Source of the DNA: a virus
Lineage: Duplodnaviria > Caudoviricetes
Virus record (IMG/VR): IMGVR_UViG_3300035190_000328
Span: 1 to 53,058 of that record
DNA length: 53,058 nt
Reading direction: 5' to 3' (one strand)
Program-made: the position numbers and the translations under genes
The notes under the pieces: model-generated
The model's database searches: none
Told to the model about the DNA's origin: nothing
What the model saw: the letters and a program-made list of their open reading frames with translations, nothing else
Shown: positions 26,476 through 35,800 of the stretch, piece by piece
Layout: every line of letters starts with the position of its first letter
Numbering within the stretch: the first letter of the stretch is position 1

Positions 26476-27361
26476 AACTAAAGGGAGTTTTCCTAATAAT
26501 TTTATAATGGAAGCTGTAGATGTTTTATTAATGGCTAAAGGTAGTGCAGCAGAAGTAGGTTATGTTACTGATGTAAGTTTAATGTCTGATTTATGTGATT
26601 TAGGCTTAGAAGAATATTCAAGAGGGTTAATACATTCTCACGTCAATATGGCAACAAATCCTTCAGGTACAGATATTAAAGAATTAGAATCAGCAGCTTC
26701 TACAGGGCCTTATTACTTATCAGTAATAGTTAACAATAGAATGGAAGTTAATGCTTTAGTAGGTATTAAAACAGTTGTTAAAGGTACTGTAAAATCTACT
26801 ATTAAAAATCTATTTGGTAAATTAGTAAATACAGGTAGTAAAGTAGTAGAATATGAAGATTATGAAATAATTAATTGTGAAGTAGTTAAACAGGATTATG
26901 ACTTACCTAAATATATGGTAGAAGTTAATGAAAGATTAGCTAAAATACAAGATTATAATACTGCTGCTCATAGTAAAAGATCTGGTTATATTAAATCTGA
27001 AAAAGCCAAAGAGAAATACAGACAAAATCAAGCTATAAATCAAAGGGGTTCTCAAGCTCAACTATTTGATGATTGGCCTCAAATGGGAGGAGAATCTCCT
27101 TTAATGTTACAACCTGATGATATTGGAGATCCATTTGAAGGATTTATTAAAGAAGCTTTAGAAATGTATTCAAGATATGCTGATAATACTCTAAAACTAG
27201 CTAAAGATACAGCATTTAGTATTAGCAATGATCCTTATAACTATGGTATTCCTAATTCTAGTTTTATAGAGTATCTTAAAAAGAATCCTTACATTAGTGT
27301 AGGATATACAGCAGGTATATTAGCTGAATTAGTAGGAGAGGAGGTAGTTAATGGAGGTTAA
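26381..27361 (+). CDS. JAB/MPN+ (JAMM) metallo-isopeptidase
   Basis: VEWMG...HSH-x7-S-x2-D (HSHVNMATNPSGTD), an exact JAMM motif. Confidence 0.9.
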   Translation: MKLILNQNILQKISYINSQISTVEWMGVFIYKTKGSFPNNFIMEAVDVLLMAKGSAAEVGYVTDVSLMSDLCDLGLEEYSRGLIHSHVNMATNPSGTDIKELESAASTGPYYLSVIVNNRMEVNALVGIKTVVKGTVKSTIKNLFGKLVNTGSKVVEYEDYEIINCEVVKQDYDLPKYMVEVNERLAKIQDYNTAAHSKRSGYIKSEKAKEKYRQNQAINQRGSQAQLFDDWPQMGGESPLMLQPDDIGDPFEGFIKEALEMYSRYADNTLKLAKDTAFSISNDPYNYGIPNSSFIEYLKKNPYISVGYTAGILAELVGEEVVNGG

Positions 27362-28046
27362 AACTAATAGAATTGAAGGAGCTGTTTGGCATAAAGCCAT
27401 TCAAAAACAAACTACTACTATTGTAGGATTAGGTGCTACAGGGAGTTTTGTTAGCTTATTATTAGCAAGAGCAGGAATTAATCATTTAAGATTAGTAGAT
27501 TTTGACTACTATGAAATTCATAACTTAGGATCTCAATTGGCTGATTATCAAGACATTGGAGAAAATAAAGCTCGAGCTACTGCTAATAAATTAGCATTAT
27601 TTTCATCAGCTACTACTGTTTCTGTTTATAATGATAGAATTGAAAATAAATCAGGGTTACTAACCCCTAATTATTCTAATATAGTTATTTCAGCTTTAGA
27701 TAGTATGTCAGGTAGAAAATACATATTTGAAACTATGAAAAGTAATAATTACAGAGGTCAATTATTATTAGATAGTAGAATAGGTGCTGAATATCTTGAA
27801 GTTTATTGTATACCTATGAATAATCAAGATTATGTAGATAGGTATGCTGAAACTTTATTTTCTGATGAACAAGGTAATACTGGAGCTTGTAATTATCAAC
27901 AATCTTCTCATTCAGCTTGTATGGCAGCTTGTGAGATGGTAAAACTTGTAACTAATTGGGTTACTAATAAATTAATGGAGGATGATGATATTCCTTTTAA
28001 AATTACTCACGATTTAAGAACAAATAACTATGGAGTTCATTATTAG
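27351..28046 (+). CDS. ThiF/E1-like adenylating enzyme
   Basis: VGLGATGS, DFD...HNL..Q, GENKA, ALDS..GR and DSR; candidate catalytic Cys180 (GAC). Confidence 0.9.
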   Translation: MEVKTNRIEGAVWHKAIQKQTTTIVGLGATGSFVSLLLARAGINHLRLVDFDYYEIHNLGSQLADYQDIGENKARATANKLALFSSATTVSVYNDRIENKSGLLTPNYSNIVISALDSMSGRKYIFETMKSNNYRGQLLLDSRIGAEYLEVYCIPMNNQDYVDRYAETLFSDEQGNTGACNYQQSSHSACMAACEMVKLVTNWVTNKLMEDDDIPFKITHDLRTNNYGVHY

Positions 28047-28827
28047 AGAACATCAACCATTTACATCAGTAGGTAATCCTGTAGAAATACATATTTTAAA
28101 TAGTATGACAGGATGGATGTCAGAAAAATTTAGATTAAAAATTCTTAGGTATATAGCTAATGGTTTAAATGGTAAAACTGAAATAGATGGTGTTACTGTA
28201 TTATACCATAACTATAATTTTTACAATATTAACAAACAGCTAATAGGTTCTTATTGTAATCTTAATCCTGTATTACTAGAAACTATATCTGTTAGTAATG
28301 TATCAAATGATAGAATTTATATATTATCTAAAGATTATTTTAATCAAAAATTTGCTATTAAATTAAGTAAACAATCAGGTAAAGAAGTATTATTAGTATC
28401 TCATACATTATTTACTAATTGGTGTAATTCTCCTGTTAATCTTAGAGTAAGTCAAAGTATGGCTAATAGGATTATAGAAGAATATCTAATGTCTAGTTTT
28501 GGTATTCAAAGGATAGATAACCCAGATGTTACTAATATAGTTACTGATACTGCTGATGTAGGTTTAACTAATAATGGTGAAGGGTTATTAGCACAGGTAT
28601 TAAATGGTACTACTACAGTACCTTATAATCCTGCTGGTACTGATTTAAATGCTATTTTAACTATTGCTACAGAATTAGGAATTGCTGATACTAATCATGT
28701 TAGAGAAGCTATTAATGATGCAGCTAATGGTAGAGATGAACTTCAAACAGAAACAGAAACTACTACTCATATTGATCAGATATTAGAAGATGTTACTGAA
28801 GAAGATAGGAATGATCATCCATTTTAA
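28030..28827 (+). CDS. hypothetical protein with an acidic tail, overlapping the E1 gene
   Basis: 265 aa; last gene before the terminator. Confidence 0.7.
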   Translation: MEFIIREHQPFTSVGNPVEIHILNSMTGWMSEKFRLKILRYIANGLNGKTEIDGVTVLYHNYNFYNINKQLIGSYCNLNPVLLETISVSNVSNDRIYILSKDYFNQKFAIKLSKQSGKEVLLVSHTLFTNWCNSPVNLRVSQSMANRIIEEYLMSSFGIQRIDNPDVTNIVTDTADVGLTNNGEGLLAQVLNGTTTVPYNPAGTDLNAILTIATELGIADTNHVREAINDAANGRDELQTETETTTHIDQILEDVTEEDRNDHPF

Positions 28828-28837
28828 TTATTAACTT

Positions 28838-28864
28838 AGAGGGAGCTAACAACTCCCTCTTTTT
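28838..28864 (+). terminator. intrinsic terminator
   Basis: AGAGGGAG-CTAACAA-CTCCCTCTTTTT. Confidence 0.85.
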
Positions 28865-28876
28865 AAATTTATAGAT

Positions 28877-29152
28877 ATGAAATTAGATGCTATTGAAAAC
28901 ATTAGGCATTTATTTGGTAAAAATATTACTGTTTCAAGGATAAGTGATATAGCTAAGTATATAGGAGTAGGGGATTTTACTCATGTAGCTAAATTCCAAT
29001 ATAAAGATATTGTATTTTACAGAGCTAGTATTAGAAGATTTAATTGGGCTAAATACTTTGATATTGAAAGAGAAGCTGCTATTGCTGTAGATAAGAAATT
29101 AATAGAAAAAGGAGAAGAACCTGTTAATATATTAAAGAAAAAATGCAGTTAA
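28877..29152 (+). CDS. AP2-like DNA-binding domain protein
   Basis: YRASI....KYF..EREAAIAVD...G. Confidence 0.55.
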   Translation: MKLDAIENIRHLFGKNITVSRISDIAKYIGVGDFTHVAKFQYKDIVFYRASIRRFNWAKYFDIEREAAIAVDKKLIEKGEEPVNILKKKCS

Positions 29153-29994
29153 TAAAACAAAAAACTAAAACACTTATTACACGGGATAATGGAAGATCAG
29201 CAGATGCTATTACTCCTAATTTTGTATACGGGTGTTTAGGAGGTTGTATGAAAAGTTACTGTTATGTAGGAAGATTTAATAATGATAAAGTTTACTTAAA
29301 TGAAAATACAGAAGCTATAATGAAATCTGTATTAGAATGGGTTAAAGATAAACCTTGGCCTAAAATACCTAATCAAACTGATAATCAATATTATACATTT
29401 GACATTGGCTGCTCTACTGATGTTCCTTTGCTAAGTAAACATTATGACTGGCAAAAAGTATTTAATTATTTTAATTCTTTTGAGAAAATAAAAAGTACAT
29501 TTGCTACTAAATATCCTACAAAGTTTGATGTTACTAAATATACTTTAAATAAAGAAAAGAATAGAATTAGAGTAAGTTTAATGCCTCAAAAATATAGTAA
29601 TGTACTAGAACCTAATACAGATTTAATAGAAGATAGAATTAATTGTATACCTAAATTACAAGAACATTTAGAAGTGCATATTAACTTTAGTCCTATAATT
29701 TATGAAGAAGGTTGGTTAGAAAAATATGAAAGTTTATTTAAGACTTTAAAAGAAAAGAATATTGATGTACCTTGTGAATGTATATTTTTAACTTACAATA
29801 TTACTTCTTATACTAATAATTCTGAAGAAGTAAATAAGTTATGTTGGAAACCAGATATACAAGAATCTAAAAACTCAACTTATGCTGATAATAATATAAG
29901 ATATAAATATCAAATTAAAGCTAAGATGATACAAGATTTTAAAGAACTTTATGCTAAATATTTTAATATTAATAATATAAGATATATATTTTAA
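29143..29994 (+). CDS. spore photoproduct lyase-family radical SAM protein
   Basis: NGRSADAITP..GC...C....CYV, FDIGCSTD, FATK, RIRVSLMP and VHINFSPII. Confidence 0.8.
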   Translation: MQLIKQKTKTLITRDNGRSADAITPNFVYGCLGGCMKSYCYVGRFNNDKVYLNENTEAIMKSVLEWVKDKPWPKIPNQTDNQYYTFDIGCSTDVPLLSKHYDWQKVFNYFNSFEKIKSTFATKYPTKFDVTKYTLNKEKNRIRVSLMPQKYSNVLEPNTDLIEDRINCIPKLQEHLEVHINFSPIIYEEGWLEKYESLFKTLKEKNIDVPCECIFLTYNITSYTNNSEEVNKLCWKPDIQESKNSTYADNNIRYKYQIKAKMIQDFKELYAKYFNINNIRYIF

Positions 29995-30225
29995 ATGAGT
30001 AAATACAAAATAACATTAGACCATACTCCAGAAATTGAAGTTAAAACATATTCAGGGGAAGTAGAAATAGATGGTAATAAATTTCATTTCTATTTAACAG
30101 ATAATGATAATGGTTCTGACCATGATGTAGATTTTATGGGTTCTGATATAGATAGTGAATTATTAGAACATGAAATACAAGAACTTAAAGTATTAATCAG
30201 AAATAAGTATCAGAATGAATTTTAA
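29995..30225 (+). CDS. hypothetical protein
   Basis: 76 aa, tightly packed. Confidence 0.65.
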   Translation: MSKYKITLDHTPEIEVKTYSGEVEIDGNKFHFYLTDNDNGSDHDVDFMGSDIDSELLEHEIQELKVLIRNKYQNEF

Positions 30226-30472
30226 AGAATTTATAGAAAAATATAAACCTATTATTATTGATAGTCAATTAACTGGATATAAATGTTTTTTAGCTTCTAA
30301 ATGGCCTGATACTAGGATTATGTTAAAGAAAGAAAATACACATATTTGGTCAGTTTTAAAGGAAGAAGGTAAGATTATACTTAAAAATGACTTGCATTTT
30401 AAAGGACTTTTAGGTAATATTGTAACAGAAATTCCTTTTGAAGATAAAAACTTAATAATAGAAATAGAATGA
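30215..30472 (+). CDS. hypothetical protein
   Basis: 85 aa, EFIEKYKPI...HIWS...VTEIPF. Confidence 0.65.
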   Translation: MNFKEFIEKYKPIIIDSQLTGYKCFLASKWPDTRIMLKKENTHIWSVLKEEGKIILKNDLHFKGLLGNIVTEIPFEDKNLIIEIE

Positions 30473-30714
30473 AAAACTTAATAATATTAATTGTAACAAC
30501 ACTTTTTCTACAATCTTGTAGAATCTGTTGTAATGGTAATCCAAAGCTAACTACAAGGTATATGAATACTTGTATAGACTCTATAGCACCTAACATTGAA
30601 GTACCAGAGATTAAATCTATTACAGATGTAGTTGGAAAAGAAGTGTCTAAATTAGATGATGGTGTGTACATTGTTATATTAAGTAATAATGAACGGGTGA
30701 AAATTATAAACTAA
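30469..30714 (+). CDS. putative lipoprotein
   Basis: Signal peptide ending in a lipobox-like LQSC. Confidence 0.55.
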   Translation: MKNLIILIVTTLFLQSCRICCNGNPKLTTRYMNTCIDSIAPNIEVPEIKSITDVVGKEVSKLDDGVYIVILSNNERVKIIN

Positions 30715-30956
30715 TGGAAACTAAAGAACAATTAATTAAAAATAAAAATATAATTATTCCTGCTTTAAGAGATTGGGCATTAACTTTTGATGGAGAACTT
30801 GATGAAGAAGGTGAAAAAACAGATAAAACTTACAATTATATTACATATTTAGCCAATAATTTAGAAAAAGAACAGTTAACTGAACAAGATGTTAAAGAAA
30901 TTTACTTCCATATTTGGCAAATTGAGCAGGGAGACATAAAATTAAACTTAATATGA
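30714..30956 (+). CDS. hypothetical protein
   Basis: 80 aa. Confidence 0.65.
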   Translation: METKEQLIKNKNIIIPALRDWALTFDGELDEEGEKTDKTYNYITYLANNLEKEQLTEQDVKEIYFHIWQIEQGDIKLNLI

Positions 30957-31123
30957 AAAAACTTATAATACTAGATTATAGTACAGGAATTGCTCATTTA
31001 TACTTATATAGTGAGGAAGTTTGGCCTGATGGAAGTAATTTAGATAAACTTATAGAAGCTTTTGGGCATAATTTAGAAAACTGTGAGTACATGTCTACAG
31101 ATAAAGATTTAATAATTCATTAA
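30953..31123 (+). CDS. hypothetical protein (56 aa, not in ORF track)
   Basis: MKKLIILDYSTGIAHLY...NCEYMSTDKDLIIH, ATGA overlap with the previous gene. Confidence 0.65.
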   Translation: MKKLIILDYSTGIAHLYLYSEEVWPDGSNLDKLIEAFGHNLENCEYMSTDKDLIIH

Positions 31124-31124
31124 C

Positions 31125-31217
31125 ATGAAAACTTTTGCAATAATATTTTTAGTAACATTTGTAATAATTACTATAATAGCTGTAGCAGTATATGAAGATA
31201 GAGATAATTATAATTAA
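31125..31217 (+). CDS. 30-aa membrane peptide
   Basis: MKTFAIIFLVTFVIITIIAVAVYEDRDNYN. Confidence 0.5.
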   Translation: MKTFAIIFLVTFVIITIIAVAVYEDRDNYN

Positions 31218-31220
31218 ATT

Positions 31221-31712
31221 ATGAGATACTATTGTGATAATAAAAGACATTTAGTTTGTGTTCCTTATTCTATTGAGAACCTTCATAAGATGGCTGAAGA
31301 TTTGAAAATCTCTAAGTCTTGGTATCATTCAGGTAGAAAACCTCATTATGATATACCTAAATTAAGAATAAAAGAAATACAAGCTAAATGCACTATTATA
31401 GACTCCAGAGAACTTGTTCATATTATAAAATCAGAAATTTTATTAAACACTAAAGTGTTTATGTTAAAGTCAGAAGAATTAGGTAATTATAAATTTAAAG
31501 TAAAAATATCTAATAACTTTGCTTCCTCAGAGTTTTCTATACATGATATGATAAGTGGGTATTTAGAAAATGAATGGTCTGATACTACATGGATAATAAG
31601 AGATATACTAGAAAATAATTATATTATAGTTTCTCCCACTCATATAAAATATAAACTACCTAATTATTTTAAACATACTATATCACCTTGGTATATACAA
31701 AAATATTATTAA
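31221..31712 (+). CDS. DUF4031-like domain protein
   Basis: HL......LH.MA..L.I...WYH....HYDI. Confidence 0.6.
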   Translation: MRYYCDNKRHLVCVPYSIENLHKMAEDLKISKSWYHSGRKPHYDIPKLRIKEIQAKCTIIDSRELVHIIKSEILLNTKVFMLKSEELGNYKFKVKISNNFASSEFSIHDMISGYLENEWSDTTWIIRDILENNYIIVSPTHIKYKLPNYFKHTISPWYIQKYY

Positions 31713-31925
31713 ATGAAATGGATAGACATTAGTAAAGAAAAACCACAAGAAGGTGTAAAGTACTTTTTTAAGATTTACTATGGTAATAATGCAGAAGAAA
31801 AACTTGTAGGTTATTATTATAATAAAAAAGGTAAGGAGTATTTTTCAGAAGCTTTTGATGGAGAAACTTATAGCTTGGAAGAACTTACAGAATGTTATTG
31901 GTTAAAAGAAGAAGAGCATGGATAA
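31713..31925 (+). CDS. DUF551-like small protein
   Basis: MKWIDISKEKP...YW. Confidence 0.55.
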   Translation: MKWIDISKEKPQEGVKYFFKIYYGNNAEEKLVGYYYNKKGKEYFSEAFDGETYSLEELTECYWLKEEEHG

Positions 31926-32175
31926 ACAAGTAGCTAAATTCTTTTATGAATTAGGTAAAATAGATAGACTAGCAGAAATAGAAAATAGAGCTACAAATAC
32001 TTTAGAAAGTAGAATTGAAGAATATTACTTTCATTTTGGTAATAAAAAAGAATCTAAAGAACTAGATTGGCAACTACTAGAAGAAAGGTTCTGCAAAGAA
32101 TGGAATAAAAGAATATTTGCTAATAATAGAATGCAGTATTGGGAAATAAACCAATGGTATAAAGATAATGTATAA
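31918..32175 (+). CDS. hypothetical protein
   Basis: 85 aa. Confidence 0.6.
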   Translation: MDKQVAKFFYELGKIDRLAEIENRATNTLESRIEEYYFHFGNKKESKELDWQLLEERFCKEWNKRIFANNRMQYWEINQWYKDNV

Positions 32176-32453
32176 TGGAAAAGTTTGAAATGATAATTAA
32201 AGATGGTAAGTGGCAGAAGTTTTGGAACTATGTTTCTGAACCTAAAGCATATTGGAATGACCAAGGGAATTTACCACAAGTTATTTGTTATTTTGGTGCT
32301 GAACCTGAATACTTTAAACTATCTGAAGTAGATTTTATTAAAATGGATTCTATTAAAGGTGGATTTCCTATACTAATGCTGGGTATTAAAGGTACTAATG
32401 AATTTAGGGATTTAAGAATGTGTTATGCAGCTAAAATAGTTGAAGATGTTTAG
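32175..32453 (+). CDS. hypothetical protein
   Basis: 92 aa. Confidence 0.6.
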   Translation: MEKFEMIIKDGKWQKFWNYVSEPKAYWNDQGNLPQVICYFGAEPEYFKLSEVDFIKMDSIKGGFPILMLGIKGTNEFRDLRMCYAAKIVEDV

Positions 32454-32640
32454 AAAAAAGAAAAAAAATACATTTTATATGTATTTTAGTAGTAATGTTT
32501 TTCAACATAATGATATTATTACTAATGGTAATGGTAGAACAATGAGAATTATTTATCCTTGGTATAAAAGGTTGTGGCACGCTATAATTAACCATAATCC
32601 CAATAAACACAAAGTAGAAGTTATTAAAGATGGGGAATAG
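32440..32640 (+). CDS. hypothetical protein
   Basis: 66 aa. Confidence 0.5.
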   Translation: MKMFRKKKKNTFYMYFSSNVFQHNDIITNGNGRTMRIIYPWYKRLWHAIINHNPNKHKVEVIKDGE

Positions 32641-32845
32641 TTATCAAAATAAGAAAAGAAAGAGGAATTTAGCTAAGAAGGCTAAATTTAGAAAAACTCT
32701 AACTTATAGTATATTTAGAGTTTATAATATTACAAATTCTACTAAATTTAAAAATGCTGTAAGAAATATTACTATAGATGCTTTCATATTTGGTAGAACT
32801 AAACCTTTAGAAGAGTATTATAAAATTAAAAAGAGGAGTTTATAG
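32630..32845 (+). CDS. highly basic hypothetical protein
   Basis: 71 aa; last + strand gene. Confidence 0.55.
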   Translation: MGNSYQNKKRKRNLAKKAKFRKTLTYSIFRVYNITNSTKFKNAVRNITIDAFIFGRTKPLEEYYKIKKRSL

Positions 32846-32856
32846 CTCCTCTTTTT
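32828..32856. terminator. bidirectional terminator between convergent modules
   Basis: AAAAAGAGGAG-TTTATAG-CTCCTCTTTTT. Confidence 0.85.
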
Positions 32857-32857
32857 A

Positions 32858-35800
32858 TTATCTAGTCTCATAAGTCTTAGACTTAGCTTGTTCTGTTAAT
32901 TCTAATAACTCATCAATACCTGAGTATCCATTTATCCATTGTGCTGAATAATGGAATTGATTAGCTTTATCTCTAGGATTATTCTCCCCTACTGAAAAAT
33001 CCCTTATTTCATCTGCTGTATTAGACAATGTATTAGTAGCTTGATCTAATACTCCAATTAGAGGTAAAGGGTTCTTTAAAAGCCTTGTAAACTCTGATGG
33101 GGTATAAACAAAACCTACCTCTGCTAATGATTTATTTAAGAACCTATAAGTATTTCTAAGAGCTATATTTTGTTTATAATAAGGTTCATCATCATCTCCT
33201 TCTAATCCTAAAGCAAATATAGCAGTTAAAAGACCTATAATAACCCTTAAATCTCTGAGAGCATAGCCTATTTGCTTTCTTTTAATTTCCATGTAATCTT
33301 CAAAAGATGTTAATTCAGCAGCTTCAGGATTCTTATTAGCCCATTGTTCATATTTATATCTAGCTATTTCTTCATTAACCCTATTTTTATTCCAATAACC
33401 AAATGTTATTAAATCTCCTATTAGATTACCTATTTTAGGTAATACAGTAGTAGTTATATATTCAGATATAGTTTTAGATTGATCTTTGTAAAATTCTTCA
33501 ACTAAAGCTCTATGAGTACCTATATCTAAGTAATCTAAAGATTCATTATATCTTGTAGCACCAAATCTCTCTTGTAAAATACCTGGCATCCATGTTTTAA
33601 ATGTCATTAAAGATTTTAACAGGATATTACTTTGATAAGCAGCTACATCATCTTGGGACATAGTACCATAAGATTTTCTTACAAATTCTTTAATAGCCTC
33701 TCTTAATTGATTAAGTTTATTATAATAATTTTCAGAACCTTGTTTAAATTCACCTTCAGTTATCAAATCATAGGCTGATTTTGCTCCTTCTGGTAAATTT
33801 TTTAAGCTACGCAGTTTCCCTTTATCATCAAATCCATATCTTTTAGCTACCATAATAGCATTAGTACCTGATAACCATTTCTCACCTTGAGCAAAGAATA
33901 TTAGGAATGTGTGAGAACTAAATACTTTATTTAATACATTCTGAGAAGCTAATTGAGCTTTTAAATCATTTTGATTATCTGTATAAGGATTTACTTGGAT
34001 AAGAAAATCTGTAACTTTCTTATCTCTTGACCAAAATTCTTTTTCAGCTTCATAGAAATCAAATCCTAGTTTCTTAGCCATATTAGTAGAAGCCCATTTA
34101 CCTGCTATAGCTGATACTGCTGCTGGTATTACTTTAAAACCAAGCCTCATTTGGATATTCTTGTTATTAGCTGTATTAATAAACTTAGTTAGCCCTTTAC
34201 CTAATTTCTTAGTTACTGAAGGATCTAATTGTATTCCATATACTTTCTTATTAACAGCAGTAGTAAATATCTCTATAGCTCTTATTTTAGAGCTATTATT
34301 AGCATCTACAATAGGTTCTCCAGTAGGAGATTTAACAATCCTACCTAAAGCATCTGTTACCTCAAAATTATCAGCTAATTGTAAACCTACTTTTAATATT
34401 TCAATATCAGCCTCAACAGCCTGCATATTCTTAAAGTTATATACCATATTAGCAAATAGCATATAATCTTTAATTAAATCCTGACTTCTATCTGAATAGT
34501 TTATCTCTCCACTTTTATTTCTAAAAGGATTAATAAAATACTTAGGGATATGATGTCTAACTTCTTTTGTAGAAGGATCTATATCTCCAAATATAGTATC
34601 ACCTTGCCTTACAGCAGCTAAGTAAGTAAATTCATCTTTTAAAGCTTGGGTAGGATCCTCTCTCATTTTATCTAAGAAAGTCTTTCTAATCCAAGGATAA
34701 AAGTTACCTTTAATATCTAAATCTAAATATTCTTTAGATTTCTGATTAAAATCTAATAGATAATTATAAAGAGGTAATAATGCAGTACCATCTATCTTTT
34801 GATAAGCTTCTGAAGTATATTTAGCATAAGCTTCTTGGTTAGGTTGATAGTACCTTGATCTTAATTCATTAGTTTTAGCAGCTTCAAGATTATTCTCCTC
34901 TTCCCATTCTTCCATATATTGCTTAAATAAAGATTCTGCTTTAGAAGGATCTATTTCTCTAATAGGAGAAATATAATTTTCTAAGGACACTTCCCTATTT
35001 TTTTTTAATTCAGCGTACTTCTGTCTGGCATTAGGTTTTAATTCAAAATAGCTATTTATGAAATCTACATTGTTCTTATTAGCTTCTTGGTAAAATTCAG
35101 GAGATAGTCTTGTTATAAAATCCCCTTTATCATTTTTTAATAAATCTATATTTAATCCTTGTTTTTTAACCTCATTGTAAAGCTCTGTAAGCTTATTATT
35201 AAAGATTAAAACTTCATCAAAAGTTTTCTGTTGTTGTTGATTTAATATTCTATCTAAAGCTGTTAAATGAGGTACTCCTACATTTCTAAGAGGTACAAAA
35301 TTATCTAATACTGAGTTACTAGGAAGAATTTTAGGAGTTAAAACATGGTTATCTTCCATTAATTGGGAATTAATAGATTCAAATTGAGCTTCAATCTGCT
35401 CTAAATAAGTTATAATATCATCTTTAAGAGAAGCTATATTCTTTTTAAATTCTTCTTTTTGTTCAGAATCTTCAGCTTTTTCTAATATATATTTAGTTTC
35501 TTCTTTAATTATTTTATCAAAAGCTTTTAATTCTGTATAATAGTTTTGTAAATCTGTTTTAGATAGGTTATTAATATCTTTTAATCCACCTAAACTTAGC
35601 CTTACAGCATCTATTAAATTCTTTAAACCTTTATCTTTCATAGTATCTTCAATAGATTTCTCTAATTCATCTACTAAGAGTTTCATTCTTTCATGCTCTT
35701 TAGAACCTTTTTTTAGCTGCGCTAGTTTAGTTTCTCTATCTTTCTTTAATTGTATCTTAATTCTTAAAGCTTCATTTCTTGCTTTACTATCTGAATATTC

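Noticed and set aside
27351-28046. ThiF/MoeB acting in thiamine or molybdopterin synthesis
   Set aside because: No ThiS/MoaD with a terminal GG, no rhodanese or pathway genes; the neighbours are a JAB, an E2-like protein and a Ubl fusion.
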